This document shows positions 30,678 to 44,989 of a stretch of DNA of 64,000 nt, one piece after another (position 1 is the first letter of the stretch; the number at the start of each line of letters is the position of its first letter). The stretch comes from Eledone cirrhosa. Taxonomy: Eukaryota. The notes under the pieces are model-generated. The model searched no databases. It saw only the letters and a list, made by a program, of their open reading frames with translations, and was not told the origin of the DNA. The translations under genes were made by a program, and so were the position numbers. Location of the stretch: the NCBI GenBank assembly GCA_964016885.1, contig OZ024743.1, forward strand, positions 376,650,001-376,714,000, in the 5' to 3' direction.

Positions 30678-30904
30678 TGTGTATGTGATTCATTGAAAAC
30701 ACAGAAACAAGAAAGCATTTTTTTTAGAAGAGAGAAGAAAAAGTTAAGACGCAAAATAAAAAAGGAAATCGAAAGAAAAGAAGAGAGAGAAGCATGCATA
30801 TGTATTCATTTGTTTAGTGTGAATGTTTGTTTGTTTGTTTTGTTTGTTCTTCGTCACTCAATTTTCACGTCATTGAAAATTGCAGGTTTTTGCATGAACG
30901 CAGC

Positions 30905-31430
30905 TTCATCTAACCTCAAATATGTCTATTTTATATTAATCTAACTTCAACTAACATCTATTTTGTTTTCATCCAACCCCACCTAACATATATTTTATTT
31001 TCTATTCATCTATCCTCATCTAATATTTATTTCATCTTCATCTAACATCACCTAAATTTTATTTTATCTTTACTTAACTTAACATCTATCTTCATTTACC
31101 TAACATCTATCTCTCTTCTCTTCATCTACCTTGCTCTATTTTATCTTCATTTAACTTAACATCTATCTACCTCCTTTTCATATAATCTCATGACTTTGTT
31201 ATCTTCATTTATGCTAACATCTTTATCTCTATCAAACCTATCATCCATTTTATCATCACCTAACTTAACTTTTTATCCATCTCCTCTTCATTTAACATAT
31301 CGTCTATGTTACCATCATCTAATCTAATGTCCAGCTTCTCATTATCTAACATAACATTTTTGTTATCTTCATCTAATCTAACATCTATATTTATCTTCAT
31401 CTAACTTAACATCTATCTATATTATTCTCT
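30905..31430. repeat. Degenerate (TTCATCTAAC)-type low-complexity tandem array
   Basis: Recurrent CATCTAAC/AACATCTA motifs. Confidence 0.75.
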
Positions 31431-31749
31431 ATTAACTAATAGCTAATGTGTTCGACCTTAAACTATTTCTTTAGCTTGCCATCTTTGTACAGAAATAATC
31501 CTGGCTAATTACTTGAAATTATTTTCAATAAATCAGCAACCTACTTCCATTAATCCCTTTAGAAAGATCACATACAACAAACTTACATAGAAAAATATTA
31601 ATTGATGAAATTACATTTCTATATAGAATCCCAGATTTTCTAATATCAAAATATAAACAAAAACATCAGTTCACAGATTTGGCATATTTGTTTTAAATTG
31701 GTAGGACCCGAGGATGGGGCAATGTCATGGTCTTCACAGACATTAAGAC

Positions 31750-31962
31750 ACTGGAGAAATAAATGCGGATAATGTTCAGTTTAAACTGTTGCAAGACCAT
31801 TCTTTTTAGAAAGGATGAGAATTCCCGGAGGCCGGCGTTATGAGAAGGAACAACTGGGTGTAGGATCTAGGGTGAATCTTTGAGTCGAAGGTTGAAAAGT
31901 AAAATGGCAATGAGAGGATAGAAGATGAGTGAATTTAGAGTGCCCATGTAGAGGTGGCAGAC
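31750..31962 (-). mobile_element. Decayed CR1/L2-like LINE 3' end
   Basis: Minus strand ends ...LQQFKLNIIRI, parallel to the QFKRNVNGI end at 22390-22420. Confidence 0.45.
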
Positions 31963-32446
31963 GTCAAGCAAGCTCTGAGAAGCACAGATCATTGTAAAAT
32001 TAGTAGTTGGGACATATTTAATGCACGCAAAGGGGCAATTGCCCCAGGCCACAGCAGTGGGGGCCCCACCAGAGTCAGGCATATCAATTTATTTGTGCGC
32101 TCAGCTGGTCTTTTTAATTTTAGGATGGTTAGAATTTTTGAATTTAATACTTGTATGTATAACTTTTCAATTCCAATTACTTGCACCAGGCTAACTTTGA
32201 TATGTAAAATTGAGGTGGGGGTGCTATGTATTTTAATTGTTTGTGTATGAGAGTCCCCTCCAAAGCTGAAGTGCCGAGGGCCCCCCCAAGGTCTAAATCT
32301 AACCCTGCATACACGGATATAAGCACACACATACAAACACACAAACACATATACATTATGTCTTCCTTTGTATTTTCCCATTCTCTTTCTCTTTCTCTCT
32401 ATTTCTATATTTATGTCTCATTATCTAACTGTCAAGTTATCTATGA

Positions 32447-32529
<83 letters not shown>

Positions 32530-32614
32530 TTATCTCTCTCTCTCTCTCTATCTATCTATCTGTTTGTCTGTCTGTTTATCTGTCTATCTCTCTATCTGTT
32601 TATTTCTATGTCTG

Positions 32615-32672
<58 letters not shown>

Positions 32673-33177
32673 TCTCTCTGTATATATATATATACCTCAT
32701 TGTCATATTAATTTGAAATAGTGATAAACGGAAACTACTATTCATCTATTTTTTGTTGTCATGCACCAGTGTCTAATATCTGTTTCTCTCTCTCTCTCTC
32801 TCCCTCTCTCCCTCTCAGTTATACAATTTGTTATTCCTGTTGTTGGTCGTATTATTATAGGTGTTGCTTTTGCTGTCTTGTGGTTATTGTTGTTGAAGCT
32901 ATATTAAAAAAAAAAGTGAGGAAAATACAGTATCATCAAGTTTTTTAGCAATTACCGTCTACACACACATGCACACACACACACACACACACATACACAC
33001 ACACTTCCCCCCAAACACAAACACACACACACACACTTTCTCTCACACCTATACGCTCTCTCACACAGAGACACATATTTATGGACGAAATTGCATTGCC
33101 CTTGCAGTGGCTAGCGAAGAAGTTAGATGATTTTGTAAATTCACCCCACGTGTTTCATCTTCGCGTGTGCAACATTG

Positions 33178-33260
<83 letters not shown>

Positions 33261-33669
33261 CAATCCCTACTACTTACTTATTTAGCCATTTCTTCCTTTA
33301 TCTCTCCACACAGAATAGTTATGCTGTGGGCGGTGATGATGTAAAATAAATGTAGCGTCAAAGTCAATTTTGTTCTTGCAATTTGTATTTAGTTCTGTCA
33401 ATTGCTAATAACAAGGCCCGTGGAATGCCTAGAAGATGTAGGGATGAACTATCTCCAACAAAATTATCTGTCCCGGTATGAAACAAGAATGTAGCCTACA
33501 TAATGTAGTGTAGTATCACATAACACAATCATTAGTAATGGATTTACGGGTTGACGACCGGGGGCATGTTTTCAGTTAAAATCTGTAAAAGACAGCCAGA
33601 GAAACAATTGTGTGTATATAATATATATATATATATACATATATATAAAGAGAAAGAGAGAGAGAGAGA

Positions 33670-33746
<77 letters not shown>

Positions 33747-34339
33747 TTTAGAGTAAGATAGGGAACGCGGAAAAAAAACAGATAGATTGCCTGGCTGTTT
33801 GATACTCATAAAGACGTTTTGTATGAATAATATATATGTTTATTAATTTAAAACTAAATTAATTACTTTAACTTTATTTGTGTTATGTGAAGGGAGACAT
33901 GAAAAGACTACTGTTTATTCAACTAAACCTTGTTCTATAGATGACCTATGGATTAAAACAACTAATGTGATTTAGTATATCTCTAAAAATCAGCTGCAAA
34001 ACGTATCTCTAGAACTTCAAACCACATCATGCTATGTATACGTAAAGGCGGTAAACATTTTGAAAATTAACATTACCCAGAATGGATTTATTCATAAATG
34101 ATGGATATTATTTCATTTATCACTTTCATTGATTAATTACATCTTATATAAAACTAATATTATACAAATTTATAACTCTATCTGTTTATCTGTATGTGTA
34201 ATATAAAATTACACATATCTAGTATATTGATATGTAAACATGCTAAATATACGTATTCTCCCAGTCCATCGAAAAAAAAACGATAAATGCTTTGAATCAG
34301 TTTACAGGAAATTACGTATATTTGGTATGTTTGCATATC

Positions 34340-34900
34340 TTCTTCTTACTCTGGGTCTACCTCTCGGTCTCATACCGGCTGCTTTTGCCCATAAAATCTG
34401 TCCAGCCATTCTTTCCTGAGACATTCTAACCACATGCCCATAATACCGGAGCTCTGATCTCTCAATTCGTAACGGTTCTATCTGGAGTGACTCTCTGATC
34501 TCCGAACTACCAACTCTATTGAGTATCACTACTCCAAAGATCCTTCGGAAAAACCCGATATCGACCGCTTGTGTTCGCGATCGTATTCATTCAAAATTCA
34601 TAACCATAGGCAAGTGTTAGCACGAATACGGAATTGAAAATAGCGAGTTTGGCTTTTACGCCTACCCACTTTTTCTGATTACTAAATTCTGAAGCTGACG
34701 CATTACTGCAGCAGCTCCTGCTATTCTTGCACATAATTCAGCGTCTTGCCTTCCATAACTCATGAACACGGCCCCGAGATAGTTGAATTTCTCCACCTGC
34801 TTCTGTAGGACTCCGCTCACATGTAGAATGCACTTCCTTGAGAGGACGAGTGTCTCAGTCTTATCAGAACTGATTTTCATTCTAACCGTGCGACACTCGG
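34340..34900 (-). pseudogene. RTE-clade LINE reverse-transcriptase C-terminal fragment, frameshifted
   Basis: KISSDKTETLVLS...QVEKFNYLG...ELCARIAGA and IRESLQIEPL..IERSELRYYGHVVRM..ER...RPRGRPR are RTE (Rex3/Expander-like) signatures. Confidence 0.85.
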
Positions 34901-35476
34901 TATCAATTGTAGTGTACTAAACATGTGTAAATTTATATACACATTTACATACGCATTTACGCAATCTTGGTCACTTCTATTCTGTAAATATAGAGATATA
35001 ACTTTATCATATACTTCGGCTGCTTAACCCAACTTAAACCGTGCAATAACTTTATAATGACTTTGTATACGTGAAGATTGAATGTAAAGCTTATTTCTAT
35101 ATCTTCTGAATCACATCACCGTTTGTATCTCCAATGACAGATGACATGTTGAAAATTATCAATCACAAGATTAAATCTAAATCTATTACTTTTTTTTAAA
35201 GTTATCCTTTTCTAAGTTATTCAACTTTATAACTGTACAGCGATTTTATGTATCATGAATGACATGAATAGTAAGTTAACTATCGAACAAATATCAACAA
35301 ACTTGTTGTTGGTGTTCTTGTTCTTTAGTCCCAGGTCAATACTGATCCAGTAGATTAATGGTTAATGGTCAAAAGCATTCCAACTGTGATTGCATTATTC
35401 GGAGTCGATAAATAAAACACTTAGTCAGGTACTTTGGCAGATTAATAAGAAAAACATAAACTTTACATTCAAAATA

Positions 35477-35528
<52 letters not shown>

Positions 35529-35986
35529 GAACCGGCGTCAATTCCAGTATATGGAAAATGAAACGAAAAATCCCTAACGACTGAACATAATAGTCAAGTA
35601 TTGAGGTCAGTATAATGGACTTTCCCCTTACCCCAAAAATTGTTGGTATTGTGCCTAAATTAGAAACTACTATTCAATATGTCCTTTGTGTTGGTTTATT
35701 TATCTTTTTAGTTATTTTTTTATTATTTTTAAAGCAATAGTTCAAACGTTTCCAAACTATGTCGCCGATGATGTCTAGGTGTGTCACAAAATGAAGTCAA
35801 ATCAAATTAGGTTTTAACCAATATTTTGTTGTGTAATATATCTGAGAGCTGACAAATTCTGCATCGTATAATTGGACATGTGGCAGGTGAAACAGGATAT
35901 TATATTTAGTTGTTTATTCATTATTGTTGATCATTTCATTTCGCTAACAAAACTTAATGTGTCTCGAATATTACTTTTAAGAGGAA

Positions 35987-36176
35987 GCGGTGGATTGGCA
36001 GTATCGGTAGAGGGTCGGACGCCATGCTTTGACTCATAGAGTTACGGCCCTTGCCATTCTGAGTTCAAATCCCGCCGAGGTTAACTTTGCCTTTCATCCT
36101 TACGGGGTCGATAAAATAAAGTACCAGTAATGCACTGGGTAATTGCTGGCTTTGTACCAAAAGTAGAAACAATTAT
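35987..36176 (+). mobile_element. Nin/Deu-domain tRNA SINE (family S1 reference copy)
   Basis: A box TGGCAGTATCGG, B box GTTCAAATCC, Nin/Deu-like GCCTTTCATCCTTACGGGGTCGATAAAATAAAGTACCAG. More copies at ~9040, 10570, 24850, 29960, 45050, 45240, 52640, 52836, 54180, 54700. Confidence 0.88.
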
Positions 36177-36746
36177 TTTTAAGAGGAAGCTCATACTGCA
36201 AATGAAAAAAAAAATTAGAAAGTTCTGGATATGAATAAGAGTTGAGGTAGATTTTTCTGTTATTTCTAGCAAAGTGAGCTACCTGGTAGCAGCCCCCACG
36301 TCGGTGGGTGTTAACGAGGTTATTGTGTGATGAAAGGTATTAAATTTTCTGATAACCTTACTTCCTTCGCCCTTTGATTGACAAGTAAATCAAATCCCTT
36401 CAGACACATACTTGACAGTACTGGCGCCAAGGGGAGACAATGGAAATGGCGACCGAGGTTTTAAATTCAATACCGCAACACCACCGCAAACCTGTTAAAT
36501 TCCATTAGCACCCCTTCTTAAATCTCCCTAATAATAACATCAGCCACCTAGTTTTGTATTTGTTTTAATGTCCTCTGTATAATGTACTGCATGTTCATCT
36601 ATCCAGGTAGCTTACATCCACCATATTTTTAGCTGTCCTGCATGCAGTTTGATCATAAATATTGCAGTATCTAAATTATATCTGTAGGGAATTATCCCAG
36701 TTTAAATCAAACTCTAAACCGAAGAAAACGTACTTATTAATATAAG

Positions 36747-36781
<35 letters not shown>

Positions 36782-36869
36782 ATATATATATATATACATT
36801 TTTACCTATTCCAGCCGACTGGATGAGGGATGAGGCCATGCTAGTGCATCACACACACATACACACATG

Positions 36870-36944
<75 letters not shown>

Positions 36945-37356
36945 ATGTGTGTGTGTATGTGTGTGTATGTGTGTGTTTGTGTGATGCAAGTCGACTCTAT
37001 GCTGATGTGTACGACCATTATTTGCTAATACCTTTGGAGTGTAATGCTGAATGGTGACAGTTGTCATTGTATAGAGACATACAGACATATGTCTCATCAG
37101 GTCACCAATTGAAAGCCACCGTTTGCCACATGATTGTCACACATATATTCTGTGAGGTGGTCGAGGCTAGCATGACCAGCCTTACACAAACCTGGGCACA
37201 CGTTGAACATTTCAACGGATTATTAATATTTGTGCTGAGTGGTTATCTTCCCCTTCGTCTCCTTTCAACTGTATATGTCTAATGCGGTTCTCTTCTAAAT
37301 TCTTGGACTCGTGCAATTCTGTATGTATACATGAATACATACATACATACATAAAT

Positions 37357-37439
<83 letters not shown>

Positions 37440-37441
<2 letters not shown>

Positions 37442-37626
37442 GGAAAAGGTATGACCCCGACGGCAGAGTTCAAGTCGTTTCGACTAGAGTCCAGAAATAG
37501 CCGTCGAAACGGCTTGAGCTCTGCCGTCGGGGTCATACCTTTTCCTATTACCCACTCTACTACCCTAAGTATTGAGTACTCTGGTGCGTTATGGTCCACC
37601 TGGTTCCTTACCACAATTCCTTCGTT
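37440..37626 (+). mobile_element. Family A fold-back element
   Basis: TAGGAAAAGGTATGACCCC...GGGGTCATACCTTTTCCTA, then tail. Confidence 0.92.
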
Positions 37627-37801
37627 ATATATATATATATATACATATATTTTTTTTTAGTATATGTTGGTTGTTTACCGACACCTTAGTATGCAGATTG
37701 GAGGACTCGACGACGTGCGCAGGTTGGTTTGGTTACTCCGGAGTAATGTAAAATAAACTAAAATAAATAAGTCAAATATTTAAAATTTGGCTTCGTTTAT
37801 T

Positions 37802-37856
37802 ACTGCTATATATATTTCGGTGACAGCCATCCTTGGCTGTGACCTCTTCAGGCAGT
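37802..37856 (-). ncRNA. Type I hammerhead ribozyme (mirror copy)
   Basis: Reverse complement of the 38041-38095 motif. Confidence 0.85.
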
Positions 37857-38040
37857 CCGAATTAGTGTGGTAGAGACGAGTACACATGTTGTTGAGGTGT
37901 TTAACTTTGTCAACTGGAATCATATATGATTCCAGTTCCTCAGAGAAACAACAACCCAACTAGGAACTGGGCATATCAGAGGATTGACAAAGTTAAACAC
38001 CTCAACAACATGTGGACTCGTCTCTACCACACTAATTCGG

Positions 38041-38095
38041 ACTGCCTGAAGAGGTCACAGCCAAAGATGGCTGTCACCGAAATATATATAGCAGT
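38041..38095 (+). ncRNA. Type I hammerhead ribozyme, intact core
   Basis: ACTGC-CTGAAGA-GGTCACAGCCA-AAGA-TGGCTGTCACC-GAAA-TATATA-TA-GCAGT, then AATAAA. Confidence 0.88.
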
Positions 38096-38145
38096 AATAA
38101 ACGAAGCCAAATTTTAAATATTTGACTTATTTATTTTAGTTTATT

Positions 38146-38248
<103 letters not shown>

Positions 38249-38380
38249 CAAAGAGATATTTAATTTGTTTGTTATTCAACAAATTTATTTATAACAGATT
38301 CGAAGCACTCTACAAGTTTTCTGGAGTTTAATATCAATGATATTAATAAATGGAAACTATATTTATAAAGCCATATTTAT

Positions 38381-38435
38381 TTTATTATATATATTTCAAG
38401 GGTACCAACATTTTTGTACGCTCTCATCAGATAAA
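38381..38435 (-). ncRNA. Type I hammerhead motif (relative of the 39921/40134 family)
   Basis: TTTAT-CTGATGA-GAGCGTAC...GTACCCTT-GAAA-TATATA-TA-ATAAA; the tail 38247-38380 is homologous to 39789-39920. Confidence 0.75.
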
Positions 38436-38623
38436 AAACAAAGTTTTTTTTATAAATGATGACCGCTTGACGACCGCGTACTTTCGGGTGCTGTTCTACA
38501 GCATGGTTTCTTGAACATGTGTCTTCTTCTATATAACCTCGGTTTTACCAATGCCTTGTGAGTGACCTTTGCTAGACCGAAACTGCGGAACCTCATACGT
38601 ATATGTATGCGTGTACGTGTGCG

Positions 38624-38746
<123 letters not shown>

Positions 38747-39442
38747 ATTATTACGTTTACTGTTTGGTTATGTCCTGTTCTTTGGTGGTTGTAGAGATCG
38801 ATAAAATACAAGCCAATCTGGCGTTGATATGATCGATTTAATATATAAATGAGATGCCCCAACATGGCCGCAGCCTAGTGGCTGAAACCTGTAAAAGAAT
38901 AAAAGAATAGAGATGCAATGTAGACTAGAGAAAAGGATGTGGTTTAACGACAATATCAATAACAATATTGTTATAAGTGCGAATGTATGACTGACTGGCG
39001 GGCATGCGTAACAAAGAAGTGGATATAAGTTTAACTATGGAGAGAGAAGAAGACAGAGAACAAAGCGATCGCAGTGAATAAGAAGGTTAGCTAATGCGCT
39101 GTGGATTTCGAGCATAGAATGAGGTCAAACTGAAAAATAAAATCTGCATTTTTATCATATTTTATGGAAAATCGAAATTTTACATATTATACTATCTTTC
39201 TAAATTGATCCAAAATATTTAAAAAGTTTTGTTACGTACATAGATATATTTATCTTCTGTTCATTATATATATATATATATATATATATTTAAATATACA
39301 CATAAACTAGACAGAGCCATAGATGTATATATATGTGTTTTTGGCATCCATTCACGGTGTGGCTCAATGACGAATTAATTAATTAAATAATCAACAATCA
39401 TTTGTATTTATTTTATCAAATGATTCTATGGACGTTCTTTCT

Positions 39443-39474
<32 letters not shown>

Positions 39475-39478
<4 letters not shown>

Positions 39479-39644
39479 AACGAGTAGGACCCCGACGGCT
39501 GAGCTCAAGCCGTTTCGACGGCTAATTCTGGACTCTAGACCAGAATTAGCCGTCCTACTCGTTCCTATTACCCACTCTACTACCCTAAGTATTGAGTACT
39601 TTGGTGCGTTATGGTCCATCTGCTTCCTTACCACATTTCCTTCG

Positions 39645-39646
<2 letters not shown>
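39475..39646 (+). mobile_element. Family A fold-back element with deletion in one arm
   Basis: TAGGAACGAGTAGGAC...GTCCTACTCGTTCCTA, then tail. Confidence 0.9.
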
Positions 39647-39682
<36 letters not shown>

Positions 39683-39744
39683 AAACATCGAGTGCTCACC
39701 CAGGTGAACCTACAGTAACTCCGCGTTACACTATATATATATAC

Positions 39745-39788
<44 letters not shown>

Positions 39789-39920
39789 GCAAAAGTTTTA
39801 TTTAAAATTGTTGGGATACAACAAGTAAATATTTTTATAACTGATATAAAGCACTCGACAAGTATTTGGAGTAGATATACGATATTAATAAATGGAAACT
39901 ATATTTATAAAACCATATTT

Positions 39921-39983
39921 ATTTCATTATACATATTTCAGGGATACCAAATTAAATTATGGTATGCCTTCATCAGACAAAAT
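39921..39983 (-). ncRNA. Type I hammerhead ribozyme (mirror copy)
   Basis: Reverse complement of 40134-40196. Confidence 0.8.
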
Positions 39984-40133
39984 ACAATATATAACAGTTT
40001 TACAAATAAGGTTTGACGTACCCTTTTAAAATGCAACCATTATTTTTGGAAGCCATCTGGATGGCTTCCAAAAATAATGGTTGCATTTTAAAAGGGTACG
40101 TCAAACCTTATTTGTAAAACTGTTATATATTGT

Positions 40134-40196
40134 ATTTTGTCTGATGAAGGCATACCATAATTTAATTTGGTATCCCTGAAATATGTATAATGAAAT
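40134..40196 (+). ncRNA. Type I hammerhead ribozyme, intact core
   Basis: ATTTTGT-CTGATGA-AGGCATACCA...TGGTATCCCT-GAAA-TATGTA-TA-ATGAAAT. Confidence 0.82.
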
Positions 40197-40236
40197 AAAT
40201 ATGGTTTTATAAATATAGTTTCCATTTATTAAGATC

Positions 40237-40300
<64 letters not shown>

Positions 40301-40648
40301 GTATGCATATATATGTATATATATATATGTATATATGTGTATATATATATATATTTATATTTGATATATCTCATATGAAATGATACAGCCAATTTTCCAC
40401 ACAATACAATTAGTTAGCACCCCGAACGTTTAATTAGGAATATACTCAGCTATTTCCTAATGTTTGTTGAGTGAGTTGGAATTTGTCCGGAGTATCGCTA
40501 TTAGCTTTCTCCGATATATATATATATAGTGTAACGCGGAGTTACTGTAGGTTCACTGGGTGAGCACTCGATGTTTATGTCGGTATCGAAGTGCAGAGCT
40601 AGACAGTGTGTATACATATATTATATATATACATATATATATATATAT

Positions 40649-40778
40649 AAAATCAGGATAGATTAGGTTTGAACTGGTTCATTACTCCCCAGAGTACTCG
40701 ATACTTGGGGTAGTAAAGTATGATTATAAAGAGTCGGCAAGAGCTCAGCCGTCAGGGTCCCGACTCTTTATACCATAC
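40649..40778 (-). mobile_element. Family A, distant subfamily copy
   Basis: CAGAGTACTCGATACTTGGGGTAGTA plus arms TATAAAGAGTCGG/CCGACTCTTTATA. Confidence 0.75.
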
Positions 40779-40999
40779 ACTTATATATATTTCTGGCCCA
40801 AATAAAAAAATATGATACACAACAACCAAATTTTAAATATTATAATTAAAATATTGAAATAATTTCTTTTTTTAGAATTATGAAAACTGGAAAAGGGATT
40901 ATGCCATATTCAGTTATGTCCTTCTAAAGAATCTTTACTGAATTGTTACTTCGTATTCTTAACTCACACTCTCTCTCTCTCTCATCCTCTTTCTCCCCT

Positions 41000-41040
<41 letters not shown>

Positions 41041-41956
41041 CTCTTTCTCTTCTCCCTCTCTCTCTCATCTTCTCTCCACCCCAAACTATCATATATCTTT
41101 CTTTCTAGGTATATTTATTTTGGTCTATTTTGTCTTTTGTAATTTCATGGGATTCTAAACGATAATTCATTTAATTTTTATTTTGATAATCTTTAATGAA
41201 CCTAATATTTGTATTTGTAGTCGTCGCACAAACTGTGCCAGCACGGAAGGTGAGAGGGGTGGACGGACAGGGGTTTGGGCTGGTCTGGTCTGGTCTGGTC
41301 TGGTTTTGTCTTGTGCACAATGTGGGTTGTGATGCAAGAATTATAAATTGGGGGAGGAGAAGAAGAAGAAGAAGAAGAAGAAGAAGAAGAAGAAGAAGAA
41401 GAAGAAGAAGAAGAAGAAAGTGCTCGGTAAAGACTGGGAGGGAGGAAGGTAGGCTAGGAAGGTAGTTAAGTAGGTAGGTAGGTAAGGTAGGTGGGTAGAC
41501 GTGAGGTATCGGTGCAGGGGGATTGAGCGCGATTTTTTGTTGTTCTTCAATCATTATTTCATTGGTGCATTTGTAGAAAGTAAATATTGACAAAAAGCAG
41601 ATCTGTTTAGAATAATAAAACCAACAGTGTTAGGCCAAAAACAGTTGAGTTTGAGAAATGAAAGGAAAATATCTTTCAGGGGGAAAGGGACGCTGGTAGA
41701 TTGAAAGAAATGTGGAATTTAAAAAGTATAAAAACTGCTGCCATTGATTCTTCTGATTGTGTACAGATGGACAGAGCCGATGGTGGTGGTAGTGGCGGTG
41801 GTAGTGCGGTGGTGGTGGTGGTGGTCGTCGTCGTCGTCATTGTCACGATGTTGGTGGTGTTCGTCAACGTTGTCGCGATGGTGGAGGTAGTTGCCGTCAT
41901 TGTCATCGTCGCTGAGGTGAGGATAATGATGAGGGCGGTGGTGATGGTGATAATGA

Positions 41957-42137
41957 TAATTGTTTCTACTTTTGGCACAAGGCCAGCAAATACCCAGTGT
42001 ATTACTGGTACTTTATTTTATCGACTCCGTAAGGATGAAAGACAAAGTTAACCTCGGCGGCGGGATTTGAACTCAGACTGTAAAGGGCCGTAACTCTATG
42101 CTGCAAAGCATAGCGTCCGACGCTCTACCGATACTGC
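41957..42137 (-). mobile_element. Nin/Deu-domain tRNA SINE
   Basis: Near-identical to 18400-18584. Confidence 0.88.
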
Positions 42138-42562
42138 GGTGATAATGATAATGATGATGAAGATTAAAATGAAGATGAGAACGACAAAAAGACGAAGGAT
42201 GAGGATGGGGAGAAGAAGAAGAAGAAGAAGAAGAAGAAGAAGAAGAAGAAGAAGAAGAAGAAGAAGAAGAAGAAGAAGAAGAAGAAGAAGAAGAAGAAAG
42301 AGGAGGGGGAGGAGGGAGGAGGGGGGTGACGTATTTCATGGTGATACTTAAACCAAAGAAACTGATGCCATAGTTTCATCTATATTTTCTATGATGTTGC
42401 AGTCTTTACATTAAAGTTGCTTAAAATCTCAACAGGCAACTTGATGTTGGGTTGAATTAGAGCAGGGAGTAGTTGTAGGAGAGAGGGTAACAGGGGGAGA
42501 TAAATAGGGGAGAATGTATGAAGGAACAGCAGAATGAAGGAGAGAGCATGAGAGAGAGAGGG

Positions 42563-42623
<61 letters not shown>

Positions 42624-42946
42624 GAGAGAAATACAGCGAGAGAGAGAGATTGGTCAACAGACTAAGAGATAGTCAAAGTCAAGTTACATAGATAGAGAGA
42701 TAAAGTGATAGAAAAAGGGACAGTTAAACAAAGTGTGTGTGTGTGTGTGTGTGTGAGACAGAGTATGTGATAAAAAGTAAGAGAAGGAGGGAGTGTATGT
42801 GAGAAAATTAAACAAAGAGCGACAGACCAACAGTAAGAGAGACAGAAAGAGATGGGGGAGAGAGTTTGTGTGAGAAAAAGAGAGAGAAGGATGGAGTGTA
42901 TGTGAGGAAATGAGACAAAGAGAGGCAGACAAATAGTCAGAGAAAC

Positions 42947-43019
<73 letters not shown>

Positions 43020-43425
43020 GGAAGAAGTTTAGAGAAGAAGAGTCATAGAAAAACAAAAAAAAATACAAAACAAAACAAAAACATTAATAAAAACATTAAA
43101 AAAAACCCCCAAGAAACGCAAGCAGAACACAAGAAAAACCCCCTCCAAAATTGTTTAAAACGTCAATAAAAAACAGTAAAAGTGATTGTCCGACAAGCTG
43201 CTAATCCTCTCGTCCTTTCAAATTGAGATCATATCATTTTATGTTAATATTTATGATGAACATCAAATATAAAGAGTTTCCACTAATATTTTCTAGAATA
43301 ATCTTCGCTAGCTTTGTTGATTTTTCCAGGAAGTAGAACAATTTTAACAGATCAGTTCACACCTCTTATTGCAATTCTAATGTTACCCACTAATAAGTTC
43401 ATAAATTGATTATATATATATATGT

Positions 43426-43496
<71 letters not shown>

Positions 43497-44023
43497 TGTG
43501 TGTGCGTGTGAGTGTGTGTTTATATATATATATATATATATGCGCGTGAGTGCCTGTTTATATATATATATATGATTGTGAGTGCGTGTTTATATATATA
43601 TACATATATATAGAAAGAGATATGGATAGGTTGATAAATAGATATCTTAGATAGCTGGACAGATAGATAGAAAGAAAGATAGATAGATAGCCAGATAGAT
43701 AGATTAATAAATAGATAGATAATGGGTAGATTGCCGATGGGTATCGTGATGTGAACATCACAATAAAAAAGGTACTTAATACGTTAGTAGAGCATATGCA
43801 TCGTTATTTTTTATAGAAATTACTTCTACAGGACTAGAACTGCTTCAGTCATTTTTTTTTGGCTTAGGTGGTTGATAGCTTCTTAACCGCCGTCTCAGTT
43901 TGTATGGCCTTTATAGCCTATATTTATTGCTCTGGTCTCTTTTGGTCCTTGGAGCGCTTGCCAGCATAACTAGGAAATTGCGTTTCGCTTATTTTCTACC
44001 CGCCGAAATACGATTCTCGCTGA

Positions 44024-44082
<59 letters not shown>

Positions 44083-44085
<3 letters not shown>

Positions 44086-44247
44086 GAAAAGAGTCAGTGA
44101 GAACCCCGACAGCAGAGCTCAAGCCGTTTCGACAGCTATTTCTGGACCAGAAATAGGTGACTCTTTTCCTATTACCCATTCTACTACCCAAAGTATCGAG
44201 TACTCTGGTGCGTTATGGTCCACCTGGTTCCTTACCGCACTTCCTTC

Positions 44248-44251
<4 letters not shown>
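44083..44251 (+). mobile_element. Family A fold-back element with deletion in one arm
   Basis: GGAAAAGAGTCA...TGACTCTTTTCC, then tail. Confidence 0.9.
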
Positions 44252-44318
<67 letters not shown>

Positions 44319-44324
<6 letters not shown>

Positions 44325-44631
44325 ACAGGAGGCCGGACCGGTGTAAATCCTCGAAAGGTTTATTATACTATGATCATTTCAATGAATCCGGTGATATTAT
44401 CAGGAGTGACTAATTCTAAATGATTATAGTATAGTAAACCTTTCAAGGATTTACACCAGTCCGGCCTCCTGTTATTTTATTGTATTTGTAATTAACTCCG
44501 TATTCGCACCACCAACTACAAAAACGAAGATGGATGAACTGCACTACGTTGAGTACTCTCCACAATATTACACCAGGATTGACCATACGGAGTGACCAAT
44601 TCTATCCAGTGGTGAACCAACAAACCTAAAG

Positions 44632-44633
<2 letters not shown>
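44319..44633 (+). mobile_element. TA-embedded asymmetric fold-back element (~60-bp arms plus ~150-nt tail)
   Basis: 44319-44379 is the inverse of 44418-44479; (TA)n on both sides. Confidence 0.8.
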
Positions 44634-44698
<65 letters not shown>

Positions 44699-44722
44699 TA
44701 TACATATATATATGTATATATG

Positions 44723-44797
<75 letters not shown>

Positions 44798-44989
44798 TCT
44801 CCAGCATAGTGTTATACACAAACGTAAGTATTGTGTATACGGCTCTCAAATGTCTTTCATAAACATCCCGTATATTAGTATATCATTCAATATATAATAC
44901 GTACATATATATATAGTTCAAGGAGACAACAGAGGTATAAAAAGTCTTATTAGTTTCACGCTTTATATGGAAAAGGGGAAAGAAAGTTA

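Larger units (their letters stand above)
39789..40240 (-). mobile_element. PLE-type near-perfect palindrome (~182-bp arms, 2-nt centre) with ~88-nt tail
   Basis: Centre GAAGCCATC-TG-GATGGCTTC at ~40058; HHR in each arm; (TA)n flanks. Confidence 0.92.

Noticed and set aside
31995-32307. hAT-like MITE with GGGCCCC subterminal motifs
   Set aside because: Could not identify matching TIRs or a TSD.
37075-37105. CTGATGA on the minus strand with a hairpin
   Set aside because: No downstream GAAA/NUH, so not called an HHR.
37926-38010. GIY-YIG C-terminal remnant upstream of the HHR (similar idea at 51707-51840)
   Set aside because: Similarity is too weak to support by eye; needs a profile search.
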